From assembly GCF_036321535.1 (NCBI RefSeq), contig NC_087437.1, forward strand, positions 41,790,001 to 41,854,000: DNA of 64,000 nucleotides, given 5' to 3'. The notes beneath the pieces were generated by a model. The model did no database searches. It saw nothing but the letters and a program-made list of their open reading frames with translations, and was not told where the DNA came from. Source of the stretch: Camelus dromedarius (Eukaryota). Positions 25,404 to 37,570 of the stretch are shown piece by piece. Both the position numbers and the translations under genes were made by a program. Numbering within the stretch: position 1 is the first letter of the stretch; the number at the start of each line of letters is the position of its first letter.

Positions 25404-25931
25404 AAAAATGTGGACATTTAATTATACAAAAGTCAGTAAACAAAATAGTTTTTTGCATGAGTGTTCCTAGGGAAACATTTTAACCATATGAAATATCATT
25501 AATTTAAAAAGTAATTAGACTAAATAAGATTTGGCAAGTTCCTACCCTAAAGAGAAATCGTTCATATATTTTTAAAAATTTGTTCATGCATATTACCATG
25601 GAGACAGTGAAGTCAAAACACACCAGCCAGTGCATTGTTCAGCCCTGCACTTCCTACTATAGATTTGATTGAGTAATTCTGGGCTACTCATTTTGAGAAT
25701 TTGAGAATATAGCATTGTTTCTTTAGTAAAAATATGGGCAGCATTGAAATGTGATCAATAAGGCAGTAAGAATTAGCTCTTACTTATAATTTTTCCTCTT
25801 TCTAATGTAATAAAATAAGAAAGAGGTAAGCCTTTTCCTTCAAGTAGTTACTTTTGTGGTAAATGCAATACCTCTGATTCATCCCTCAGGGCAGCAGGGC
25901 TTGATCTTGCAAAAAGGCTGAAAAAAAAACT

Positions 25932-26255
25932 GCTTATTTGGTGAATGAGGCAGGTGTCCTTTTTGACTAAAGCACCAAATAAGGCAATTTTGGAGTACAT
26001 TTCCTCTGCAGATGCCTTGAATATTATTCTCCATTTTCCTGCCATACAGAATAGTTAGAACAATAGGGAAATGCACCTCTTCTTCAATGAGGTTATTTGT
26101 GGTCTTGTAATTTTACCTTTACAAGACCCATGCATGACAAGCTCTCTCATCATAATGTTGCTTCTATCCCCACTGGGATTCATCTAGAAAGTCAGCATAG
26201 TTATTATTTCCATATTGTTTGTTTTACTCTGAAGACTGGCAGAAGAGGCATTCCT
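25932..26255. promoter_or_regulatory. Candidate SRF/bHLH/TEAD (muscle-type) enhancer
   Basis: Near-CArG GCTTATTTGG (25932-25941), E-box CAGGTG (25951-25956), perfect CArG CCAAATAAGG (25975-25984) and MCAT CATTCCT (26249-26255), all in repeat-free sequence. Motif evidence only. Confidence 0.4.
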
Positions 26256-27906
26256 AACAATTTAATTCAGTCCATTTCATGAAGGAATGATGTTACCAAT
26301 GGCTAGAAAAGGTAGGTTCCACATATGAGAATCTCTTCCCCAGCACTTCATGAGGACTTGGAAAGAGAAATGGCTTAGATTTATCTTGTTTTGTTTGTTT
26401 TTTAAATGAGTTGTTTGAATCCCAGAGAATAGTCAGAGGCCATCCCATTCTGCCCTCTGTCCATCCTCAGAAAAATAAAAGTGATCCTTTTGGGGGACTC
26501 TCCATTTTCGCTGCATCCAAACACTCCTGTGGAATTTTGAGGCTGACCCATTTCCTAGCAAGGTCTTTATTCAGAAATGGTCAAATCATTCAGGCAACTG
26601 AATAATTTCAGTTCTTGTGTAAAAATGTTCCTGCTGCAGCAAACAATGAAATTATTTTCTTGCAAGCACAGAAAAGACTAACTCTTTAGGTTTTCCTACT
26701 TGACTCTGTATGGAAAACATTTCAATAACAGTTCATTAATACATTTCTTTCCAATAATTAAAATATGAATATTTAATCATATAATTACATTTCATCTCAG
26801 GAGAGAGACTATGTGTATAATTTCTCCACCAATTCTTAGAGTATGGAACGCTGCAACCTCAGAGATGATACCTCTTTCAGAGCGCTTAACTTGGAACATT
26901 TACCAGAAGTCTATAGTATACATCTAGGCCATAGTTAATCTATAATTACTAACTTTGAGAGTGAGCTAATGGGAAAGGAACTACCACTTTGAATCTGCCC
27001 AGTAGATGGTCTGTTTCAGAGCACAGAGATGAAGTAGGCCTCCTTCTCCATTTTTGCTGGTTTGTACGTGGAGGTCAGGGGACAGTCTCTCTGCCTTCGG
27101 GAAGCCTCAGCCCTCCCCTCCAAGGGGAGCCAGGACAGATGGGCAGTGTGTTTGACAAGGAATCCCTGCATCCTTGCTTCAACGCCCTTCTACTCTACTT
27201 TAAAAGCAGTACTGTATTTTTTAAGTGTTGGAACTGGCAGCTCTGCCGGTCACTGGCTACACTGAACAATCCTCCATTCAAATCAGGCAGCCCAAACCCA
27301 GATTCAGTGGAAAGTTGTGATGGAGCACACAGAGGGAGGCCTCTCCACCCTCCACCGTGCGGAGGGTGAGGGTTATGTCAAGCACCCTGAGGGTTCCAGA
27401 AGGGAGAATCCAGCAGAGTTCTTATATAGCCCCTATTATACTAGTTTCACAAGGAGGATTTACGAACTGGGGGAAAAAAAAGTTTACCTTAGTTGGCTTC
27501 CTTTTACTGGTGCCACCAGGGTCTGAGCCACCTAAAATCTCCTCCAAGCAGAAGGCCTCAGTCTCTCTCCCGCACTCTGAGATTGTGTAGTACTAACATT
27601 TCTAAGTAAACATCAGAATAAAATGTCCCTTTTAAAGGAGCCAATGCAGGGCTGCAGAGAGGAGGTAAGGGAAGGTTTGGAAGTTGCAACAAGGCAAGAA
27701 AAGAAAGAGTGAAAAGGGGAGGAAGAAAGGATAGGTAGACTCTGTCGATGAGTTTAAGTCATTTTTGGCAGGTAGTGTCTGCTTAGTTTCCGTGAGGTCA
27801 TACATTACCCTCCCATGATGTAAATTACCTTCTAACACACCACACACGCACACACACACCCCTCCCACTCTTTCTCTGTGCTGCCCATACAGCTCAGCTT
27901 GGATCC

Positions 27907-28372
27907 TGTATTAGTTTCCCAGGACTGCTATAACAAAGTATCAGAAATTGGGTGGCTTAAAACAACAGAAATGTGTTGTCTGGAGTTCTGGAGACTAGAA
28001 GTCCAAAATCGAGGCATTTGCAAAGCCAGGCTCTGTCTGACAGCTCTTGGGGAGAATCATTTTTCACTTCTACCTTCTGGTGTTTGCCAGTTGTCCTTGG
28101 TGTTCCTTGGATTTTAGATGCCTCGCTCCAGTGACCCAACTAACTTCTCCCTGTGTGTCTTCACATCATATACTCTGTGTGTCTGTCTCTGTGTCCACAT
28201 TCCCCTTTTGTAAGGACACCAGCTATGTTGGATTAAAGCCCATCCTAATGACCTCATTTTAACTTGGTTACTTCTGTAATGGTCCTCTTTTCAAATAAGG
28301 TCACATCCTGAAGTACCAGGAGTTAGGATTTCTAACACATCTTTTTCAGGGGACACATTTCAGCTCATAACA
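27907..28372 (-). mobile_element. MLT1C-like MaLR solo LTR
   Basis: TG...CA ends: tgtattagtttcccagg...ggtggcttaaaacaacagaaat...taaggacaccag...aaataaggtcacat...gggacacatttcagctcataaca. Confidence 0.92.
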
Positions 28373-28559
28373 CCTCCCACTTTTCTGTGCTTACCTCCGC
28401 AAAGGTGGCCCACTGCAGTAAGGGAGAAAGGAGGAATTTCTCAAAAGGGGTGAAGCTCTAGATCAGGGCAGTGGAATACACAGGGTAAGTCTGGTTTCCC
28501 TAGTACACCGAGGTATAGAAATAAAGTCTTTAGGGAGAAATAGACCCCTCACCTCTAGA

Positions 28560-29600
28560 GGACTCTCTGTGCACCAGGCCTGTGTTGGGTGCTTTCACAA
28601 TTATCTTCTATCTGAAAACCCACCCAGTTTCTTTTCACTTTGCCTTTCCTGCAAACCCCTCCAGAGCATTTTTGCCCCATAGGAGACTATAGATATTCCT
28701 TAGAAAATAACATGACCCAGACCAATTTCTGAATTTTATAGATGTAGAAACTGATGGTCAGAGAGGCCAAATAGTCTCTCCAGTGGTGCACAACTATTTA
28801 GTGTCAGAGCTAAAGCTAGAATCCAGTTTCATTAACTCTCACTCCAACAATCTTTGTTTCAATGTTGCCTTCTGATTTGACTTGATATTATTTACATAGG
28901 GGAAATAAATTTAATCTTATTTAACTCCTAGCCTTCGGGGGAGATGAATTCCCAAGCAGAGTATATAGGAGGGTTGGCAGACACTACTTTCCCTGGGGTC
29001 ATGCCACTTCCCAGTTATTTGCTCTCAGGACAAGAGCAGATTGCACATGACCAGAGTATAATATGTATGTCTTGCACCAAAATAACTTCATCCTTGCCGG
29101 GCCTGTGCAGAAGATGGGAATTCAGAGAGAAATGAATACAGCCCCTGCCTTCAAAGAGTTCGTAGTCTTGTAGAAGATTCAGAAATTTAAGCAATTAATC
29201 CCACTCTAATGGAATAAGCCTCACAGTAGAGATTTTGAACAAGTTGGGGAGGGAGCTCAGCGATGCCTAACAGTTGAACGGTTCCCAAGGACCAACGGTT
29301 TACCAGGCGTGATCAGTGGAGCCAATGGGGCCAGGAAGAGAGCTTGTGCTGTGGCATCCAGTGTTCTGAAGACCAGCAAAGGTTTTCAGTAACTGCCTGT
29401 GTAGGGTCCTTGGGGCAAACAATCCACAAGTGTCAAGACAGGAACGAGGATGGGTAGATTGGAGCCAGTTCCGTAAGATAATTGCATGCTATACTCAAAA
29501 ATGTAGACTTTGTCTATGGGTAATAAAAGCCCAAAGTTAGATTTAAAGCAGGGGAATGACAGGAACCGGTTTTCTTTCTCAGGAGATAGAGAGAAAGTGT
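28560..29600 (-). mobile_element. MIR pieces (about 28560-28850) and L2 fragment (about 29080-29600)
   Basis: attttatagatgtagaaactgatggtcagagagg (MIR); cagcccctgccttcaaagagttcgtagtct and tagatttaaagcaggggaatgacagga (L2, reverse). Confidence 0.6.
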
Positions 29601-31116
29601 GGCTAGGACCAAGGGACCCTTGGAAGCACCAAACTTCACCTCCCTCATCAACACCTAACATCAGCGTAGGACCGTCCCCCTGAAGTAACCGACATCAGGT
29701 GACACTCCCGACCCCGGCTGGGTTCCTGATCACACCCTAGGGCTTCCCAGAAAAACAGGAGCCCTTCGTGCACCCTGAATGCCCAGTTTACCTGTGGGAA
29801 AACCCAGCTCCAGCACCACGGAGAAAAGCCCCTGACAAGTAACTGGGAAAGAGTCAGCAGGAGGGTGTCCCTGACATTTCAGAAATCCCTTTCCCCTCTC
29901 TTTGTCCTTCTCAGTCTGTGTCATTAATTTCCAGGCTGTCTCCATAGCAGAGTCCAAAGAGCACCTTGGCATGTGTGTGGGAGTGCTATCTGGCTGAGCC
30001 CTTTGGAGCCATAGGTATGTTTTGCATTTGATACCCAAGGAAATTCTGAGTGGTAGATGAAGGCTCTTTCCCCAAAGGTTAAAAGTAATAAGACCGTCTT
30101 TGTGCCTTTGTGGTCTGACTTTTCACAGGCTATTATGAAGGTTGTGGGGGGAGAGGGTTGATCCATATAATTTGCATGTTAATGTTTGGTCTAAAAATAT
30201 ACACTGAGAAAGGAAAAAACATACTTTAAAATATGCTTCAAGGGAACAACATTTCAATTCTTACCATCCAAGTGCCTCGCAGTAAGGAAAAAGACATCAG
30301 CTCATTTCATATTAATTTTATTTATTACAAGCTTTCTGATATCAATAGTTACATTTAGAGTTTCAGTGAAACATCACATTTATGTGCTTATTAAACTCAG
30401 AATAGATCAAGAAAGTTCAAGAAGAGAGTCTTTCAAAATTTTCCGTTCTTCTCCTCCTTTCCTCAACAAACATGTCTCAGCCACTTGCTGGGGGCCCCCG
30501 ATTGTGCTGGACGCTGGGGCTTCCCAACTTGCAGCACCCCAACATCTTATTGGGAGCTGGGATAAAGTTGGAATGGGCTTACTACCAATCCTTTCCATAA
30601 TAAAAGGCAAGGAAACCATACTGCAGTGATCAGATTCATAAGGGATTTTCTGATTTATGTGAGTCAGTCTATGAAATTTTTCGCCTAAAGAGGCAAATGG
30701 AAAGTTCACCTTGAGGAAGAGAGCCCAGCTAGGAGTCTGGGCTCTCTCCTCTGAAACTTGTCTGAGAGGTCGAGCCTCTGGGGTGTTTCTGCAGGGCAGC
30801 GGGAGAGGAACTGCTGTCACCTGCTGAATCACCCTCCCCACATCCTGGCCCGCCTGCCTGCTCCCTGGGGGGTGTCTGCCCTTTCAGTAAATGCCACACT
30901 TGCCCAGAGAAAGATGAGATCACCACCTGCGTGAGTCTCAGGGATAGCCAGAGAAGGGCCTCTTCAGATGAACTGGGTCCACCCTTAGGAGGGAGGAAGA
31001 CTACCCTTTCCTGTGTATTTAACCTAGCCCTTTGGACAAATAATGAATGTAATTTGGAGGTTCTCCACGGCTTTCTTCACAATTTCCATTCCCTTGTGGA
31101 TAGAGAACTTTTCATG

Positions 31117-31140
31117 TCTCTCTCTCTCTCTCTCTTTCTA

Positions 31141-31212
<72 letters not shown>

Positions 31213-31229
31213 TATATACATATATATAT
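31117..31229. repeat. Compound (TC)n(TA)n microsatellite
   Basis: About 64 bp of TC repeat, then about 49 bp of TA repeat with CA interruptions. Confidence 0.97.
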
Positions 31230-31319
31230 GAAATTTTGTGGAGGGGTGGGGTGTTAACACATGAAGCTTTAACAATCACAACAATAAAAAAAAACCACAG
31301 TGATAGTGAAAACTAGTGG

Positions 31320-31460
31320 GAAACATAGGTCAGGAAGTCTGGATTCTGGGTTTAGTTTTCACCTTCCTGTGTGACCTGAGGAATATCAGCTGACCTCTGT
31401 GAAATGTCCTTCATAGGGGTGTTGCATTAACCCATGGGGACATGCAGAATTGATATGCAT
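31320..31460 (+). mobile_element. MIR fragment
   Basis: gtcaggaagtctggattctgg...ctgtgtgacctgagga...cctctgtg...tcataggggtgttg. Confidence 0.55.
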
Positions 31461-32534
31461 AATGAAAAGAGAAGGTGACCTGAAGTGTTTTTCTGATAGT
31501 AAACACAGAAATAGATGCTGGAAAAGGCAGAGGTCATGGACCAATGTACAGAGGAAGACTGTGGACAATGAAAGGAACTGTCCGCACGCAACGAAAGGTA
31601 GGAAGCCCAACACATTGTTGCCCCAGTTTTATCCAGAGTCAGAATAAGCAATATTCTTCTGCTGCTGGATCAAAGCATGAGAAGAAACAAAGCATTTTTG
31701 GAGGCAAAAGAATCTTTTAAAAAATGGACACACCAGGCTGGCATAATAGCATCGTTTTTGAAGCCATATTGACACGTGCTCACTCAAACAGGTTGAATCT
31801 TTATCTTGGCAGATCCGTCTGCTGAGAACATGCACCAGCCCAGAGCCCACACTAACCCACAGGGCCTCTGCAACTAAAGATGTTCATGTGTGTTGGATTT
31901 TCATCTCAAGACACACTGAAAAGTGATGAACTTGTTTTCCTTCTTCCCCATTTCAGAGGAATGTGCCTTGCTGTTCTCACTCGGGGTTCTGAGTAATTTG
32001 CATGTGTCAGATATGACAGTGACAGATATTCAAATCACTAAACATTGAAATGGGCACTTTTTAGTTTTGGAGATACAAAGAAATGAGACATGGGCCCTGC
32101 CCTCAGAAAAAGGCAGATGTGTAAACAAATAAATTACAACACAGCATCCTAAAAGCCATGACACACTATGACCAGAGCAGGAAGGAGGAGGAAGTGATTA
32201 ACTCCTTCTGGGAAGGCTTCACAGGGGTAATAAAAATGGGGGGAGGGGAGACTGTGTTACACAGACTCTCGAATTATTTGTAGAAGTGCTGTTTTTTAAA
32301 ACGTGGGCAGGGGAGGTTTTCACGATCAAATAATTTAAATAGGCTCTTTACTGTAAGGTTTACTTTTACTGTTAGAAGTGTGATTTTAGGCAAATTTATT
32401 AATTTCTCCATACCTCCATTGTCTTATCTGTAGATTGGTGATAGTAAAACACACTTTTACTATTATGATAACTGCAAGACATAGCTGTATCTATAGACAG
32501 ATAGACACATGTGCACACACACACACACACACAC

Positions 32535-32985
32535 ATAATAGTCAAAAAGTGGAAACAACTCAAATGTCCATTAATTGATGAAAGTAAAAACTAAATGTGG
32601 TCTAGCCATTACAATAAAATATTATTCACCATAAAAAGGAATGAAGGGCTGATAAATGCTACTGCATGGATGAACCTTGAAAAAACTAGACTAAGTGAAA
32701 CAAGCCAGTCACAAAAGGCTACATATCATGATTTCATCGAAATGAAATTCTCAGAATAGAGAAATCATATAGACAGAAAGTAGTGGTTGTCAGGAGCTGG
32801 GAGAAGAGGGGAATAGGAAGTAACTGCTAATGGGTACAAGGTTTCTTTTTGGGGTGACAGAAGTGTTCTGGATGGAACTAGGTAGTGGTGCTGGTGGCAC
32901 AACATTGTGGATGTGCTAAAAACCACTGAATTTTACACATTAAAATGGTGAATGTTACATGAATTACTTCTCAATTAAAGAAAAA
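32535..32985 (+). mobile_element. L1MB7/8-like 3' end, preceded by (CA)n
   Basis: aaaaagtggaaacaactcaaatgtcca...catggatgaaccttgaaaa...actgctaatgggtacaaggtttctttttggggtga...ccactgaattttacac. Confidence 0.92.
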
Positions 32986-33785
32986 ATTTAAAGTGGGCCT
33001 TCAGAGACAAGTAGAGATAGGCCAGGCAAAGCGAGGGGGACACCAAGGGTCAAAGTTCAAAAGCAATAACAATCCAGCTTTGTTCAAAAAATGTTAAGAA
33101 TCTTGTAGAATGGCTGTGCTGCTCAGAGTGTGGTCAGTGGACTATGGACTGTCCATTCCATTCTGTGAGGATACAAGAAATCAAATACACTGTAGAGACG
33201 TCAGCAACCTGACATTGCAGGGTTGGTGGGCTCCAGTCCTTGGACAGGATATAAACCAAGTGTTGTCAAGTTCATGTGGTAGGTGGCATGTTGCCCATGC
33301 CGCACACTAGTCCTGCACAGTGGGACCACATACCCGACCTCAACAGATGGGAAATGAAAACAGCGGGTTCTTCACTTTGTAAAGTTTGAGACACACCATC
33401 ATAGGGATACATTACAAGGAGTAACAGGCTGCAGAAATAGGCTGGGAACCAAGTGTGAAGGGTTCTATATAAGGTTCCAAACTGTAAGTAAAATAGTTTG
33501 AAATTACCTCCTTGTCCAGAATTCTTCAACCAGGTTGTGCCTAGTTATGTACCATGAATGACACTTCTTAGTATGGATTATCTCTTAGGATTAGAGAAAA
33601 TAGAGGAATCAGGCAATTTCAGGAGAAAGAAAACCTGTAAAACAAAGCAAAATGAAAGCCCCTGGGAAACAATAAGGGCGCACCTATTCCATCTTGGAGG
33701 CAGCAAAATGAGCAAAACATACACGGAATCGTCAAAAGGGGGTAAAAGAGGCACATAGCACACTAATTAAGATTCAAAGATTTGT

Positions 33786-33934
33786 GTGGTTTTTTTGTTT
33801 TGTTTTGTTTCAGGGGGGAGGTAATGAGGTTTATTTATTTAGTTAGTTTTTCAGTGGAGGTACTGGGGATTGAACCCAGGATCTAGTGCACGCTAAGCAT
33901 GCACTCTACCACTTGAGCTATACCCTCCCCACCC
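33786..33934 (-). mobile_element. Camelid tRNA-derived SINE with a perfect 11-bp TSD
   Basis: Reverse-strand ggaggtactggggattgaacccagg...ctctaccacttgagctataccctcccc. TSD caaagatttgt at 33775-33785 and 33935-33945. Confidence 0.95.
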
Positions 33935-35289
33935 CAAAGATTTGTTTATATTTATTGAATAAGAGAAACCAAAATAAGCCACCCCAGGAAGAGAAACTGA
34001 GTCGAGAGCTAGGTTAATGGTAGATAGAAAAACGAGGCGGGCAGAGAAGAAGTAGGAAGTCTCACAGCTCACACTCTCCTGCAAAGGGGAGGAACTGAGC
34101 CAGCCTTCTTCACGCGTGGGAAAATACTCAACCTCTCGGAAGAAGAGCCCTATATTGATTCCAGACATTGTTATTCCTGCGTGCAGGGGGGACGAAGAAA
34201 GGAAAGGAAACCAAGGTATTGACAGAAAAACCAGCTTCTACTTTCTCAAATGTCTTGGATGTCACTGAAGCAACCACAAGACTTCCCCTGTTGTCACATG
34301 TTGACTCATTCTTCCCCAAGCCCAGGCCATTTATTTAATGTCTAGTTTTGTTAAAGTCGATGAGATTTTGTTTCAGAATCCAGGGCAGCGCTAATGTAAA
34401 TGCTTGTTTGTCTGGGGTTGTGCAGAACGAAGGAAGTTCATGCTCTGCACAAGTAAAGCAATGTGTCATGTCATATTGCCAAAAGGTTGCATCACTTCTA
34501 AACTTTCCGGAAGACTGGATGGATGAGAGGTCATCTATGTTTGTTTTGTGAAGTTTGGCCTACCAGGAAATGTGTGGGTACAAGAGATATTTTAGGCCCA
34601 TGAGACTCTCACTTCAGATGCTTAATCCAGCAGCATGTGCTATAAGCTTCAGTCTCTAACTAAATCTTTGAAAAGAGTGGCAAGTTGTGAAGTAAGCAGG
34701 GTTTTGGCTGCACTAACAGAGCCACGTATAAAATCCTGTTGCCAAACAGAGACTAGAACCAGATGACAAAGACTGAAAACACACTCCATGTATGACTTTC
34801 TCTATAAAGTACTCATTATAACCTAATCCAGTAATACTCACTTCTAGGAGAATTACATAATCACTCACCAATCCATATTAATTAAGACTGCAAATTAACC
34901 TTGAAAGAAGATTTTTAAACAGAATTTTTCATGTCGGGTTTCCTTAAGACTATAATGGAATTACTTCAACAAGGAGTTTATTTAAAAAGTTTTAAGGAAG
35001 TCATTTTTAGCATACAGTTTAACAGATGTGATAATTAATGGCCCACCAGCAACCCTACCCAAGCCTGCTCACAGACATTTTATTTGTGGTCTTCACATCC
35101 TGCATAATCCAGAAGATAACAATATCGCTTCCCTAAAATAAACTGTATCTCTACTGTTTTGTGTGGTTCTGGGAGTTGAGGGGGCTACCAAGGAAAATAT
35201 CACTCACACACACACACTCCCAACACACACACGCCCCGTGCCTATCCCCATCACACACATAAAGCGTAGGAAAACCCAGACGTAGGAGA

Positions 35290-35450
35290 TATTGACACTA
35301 ACAGCCAGAGGAAGGCAGGGCCCAGAGAGGGAAACAGAGGCCAGCTCCACCCCTGGAATGTACAGGAGTGAGCCAGTACATTACCTCCATTGTTTAAGCT
35401 ATTTGAGTTGAGCTTCTGTTACTTGAAACCGAAAGAAGCCTTAACGGCAA
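35290..35450 (+). mobile_element. Old MLT1 (MLT1J/K-like) LTR 3' fragment
   Basis: gtgagccagtacattacctccattgtttaagctatttgagttgagcttctgttacttgaaaccgaaag. Confidence 0.65.
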
Positions 35451-36677
35451 AACCCAAGACGTTCATCTCCCTAGTAGACAGTACTCCTTATTATACTATT
35501 TTGGGGGTTGGAGGGGCGTCCTGAAATAGGGCAATGGAGAATACTGTCTAGGTGACTGGAGTCCAGTGCCTGTGAGACTGTCACCCCTGGAGCACAACCC
35601 CGTTTACATAAGCTACATGCAAGTGGTGCCCCCCTTGAGCTGTGATGTGTGGAGGTGGTCAGAGAGCCTCCTCCTGTGCTGATTGGCACCGTCAGCCTCT
35701 CCCCCTACTAGTGCTACTTGGTCTTGTGTAAACCAGCTTATTCTGAAACTTTCTGCCTGACACGGCTATTCTTGTCACTACCATGCCCATTTTTCACGAA
35801 ATGCTGCTCAGAGAATGCTCCTCAGCCATCTCCTTTCCCTGGTTCTTCACAATGCAGATACCACCTTCTCCATGGAGAATCTTTTAGCTCAACCCCTAAG
35901 GGGGAACAAGGCCACTTCACAAAGCAGATGGGTGCCAATTATTTCTACCTAATTCCTGGCTCCATACTTCTTGGTCCTATAAATCCTTGTATTCCCCACT
36001 TTCCTAGAGGCTACAAATTCACTTCCCCAAAATAAACCTCAAGTCACATGTCCTTTCATCTTTACCAGTTCTCTGATGCAGTTTCTTCTTTCACCTGCCC
36101 TCTCCTCCCATATCAGATTTGAAATCCATCCTTCCTCTCTGCCTTTAATATAACAGTAACTCAGGAAATGTACCACCTTGTTTTTAAGAAATATTTCAAG
36201 TTTTGGAAGCCGTATTTATCAAAGCTGGAGAGTTTCTTTATATATAGGAATCTGTTGCCAGCCAAGCCCTAGGTTCTTTTCTTACTGATTGTAGATAAAC
36301 CTTTCTGATTCGTGGTACACATCTCCAGGGGTCCTGATAATTTATCAATAGTAGAAGGAAAAGATCTCCTCCCTTGAAAACATTCTTGATAAAAAATGAA
36401 AAACAAATTTCATTGCCAAGCCTTTAATCAGAAAAACATAAAACAACAAATGGACAATGAAAGCAATAACAAAATGTATCATTCTAAAGAAAAAGTCATC
36501 TCTTGAAGATACAAAGTACAAGTGCAAAAGAAAATAAGTTGATATACGGAAAACCAGCTGTGTGTTCAACATTCTTCTGAGGACCAAGCTGGAAACTCTA
36601 CTCAGAGCATCTTGACATTTCTGCCTGCCACCTGTTCTGCATCACTTGTTTTTCCAAGGCACACCAATTCCACACAA

Positions 36678-37570
36678 GTCATTCATTCATTAAACATATC
36701 TTTATCAAGTTCCTGCTGTGGACCAGCAAACATTGTAGGCACCAGGAAGGCAGCAAAGAAGGGGAGAGACAAGGTCCCTGCTCTCATGGAGTTTGTAATG
36801 TAGTGAGGGAGAAGGACCATAACCACGCAAATATGTGAATATGATAATTCCAAACTGTGACAGGTCCTACAAAGACAGTGAAACAGGATCATCTTGATCG
36901 AAACTTTTATAAATTCCCGCAGCTACTGCCCTACCTATGATCCTCGTTCCTTCTTAGCTGGAGGATGACAGTCACCTTCTACTGGTCTTCCCATTGCCTG
37001 CCTGTTGCCTGATGCACAGCTGATCATGTTATGTCTCATCTCAAAAATCTCAAAATGTGCCACAGTGCTGCCCACGTGAAATACCAACCCTTCCCCTGCC
37101 ACTGGAAACACTCATGTTATGATCCCAAAATCCCTTCCAGGTCCACCTCCCACCACCCACCTTGCACATTCTGTGTTTTAGGCAAACTAGACAACTCATG
37201 GGGCCCAGACGTTCCATGGGCTTTCCTGGGTCCCTCCCCTGCCCGGCAAACCCTGTTTAGTTCTGTGTGGCTCATGTGAGAGGACATCTACCTATTGAAG
37301 TCCCTCTGCATGCTCTTCCTCCTTTCTCTCCTCAAATACAAAAAAAAATATTCTTTCCTTCCTTGGGCTCCCAAAAGAATATATCTGTCCATGGGATGTT
37401 ATCTTACACTGCCTTACTTTGGAGTTTCTGCTGTCCTATCTAATCACTCTGGAGAGTAAGGATGGTGGCTCCATAATTTCTGTATTCCTTTGCCTGTAAA
37501 TGTGCTTGATAAGTAGTAGCTTCTTGATAATATTTATTCTGAAAGTGATTCAGAATGAATTGAGTGACTA
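36678..37570. mobile_element. L2 fragments: minus strand about 36678-36895, plus strand about 36900-37570
   Basis: cattcattcattaaacatatc...agacaaggtccctgctctcatggagttt; cagtcaccttctactggtcttccc...gtgcttgataagtagtagc...gaatgaattgagtgac. Confidence 0.7.
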
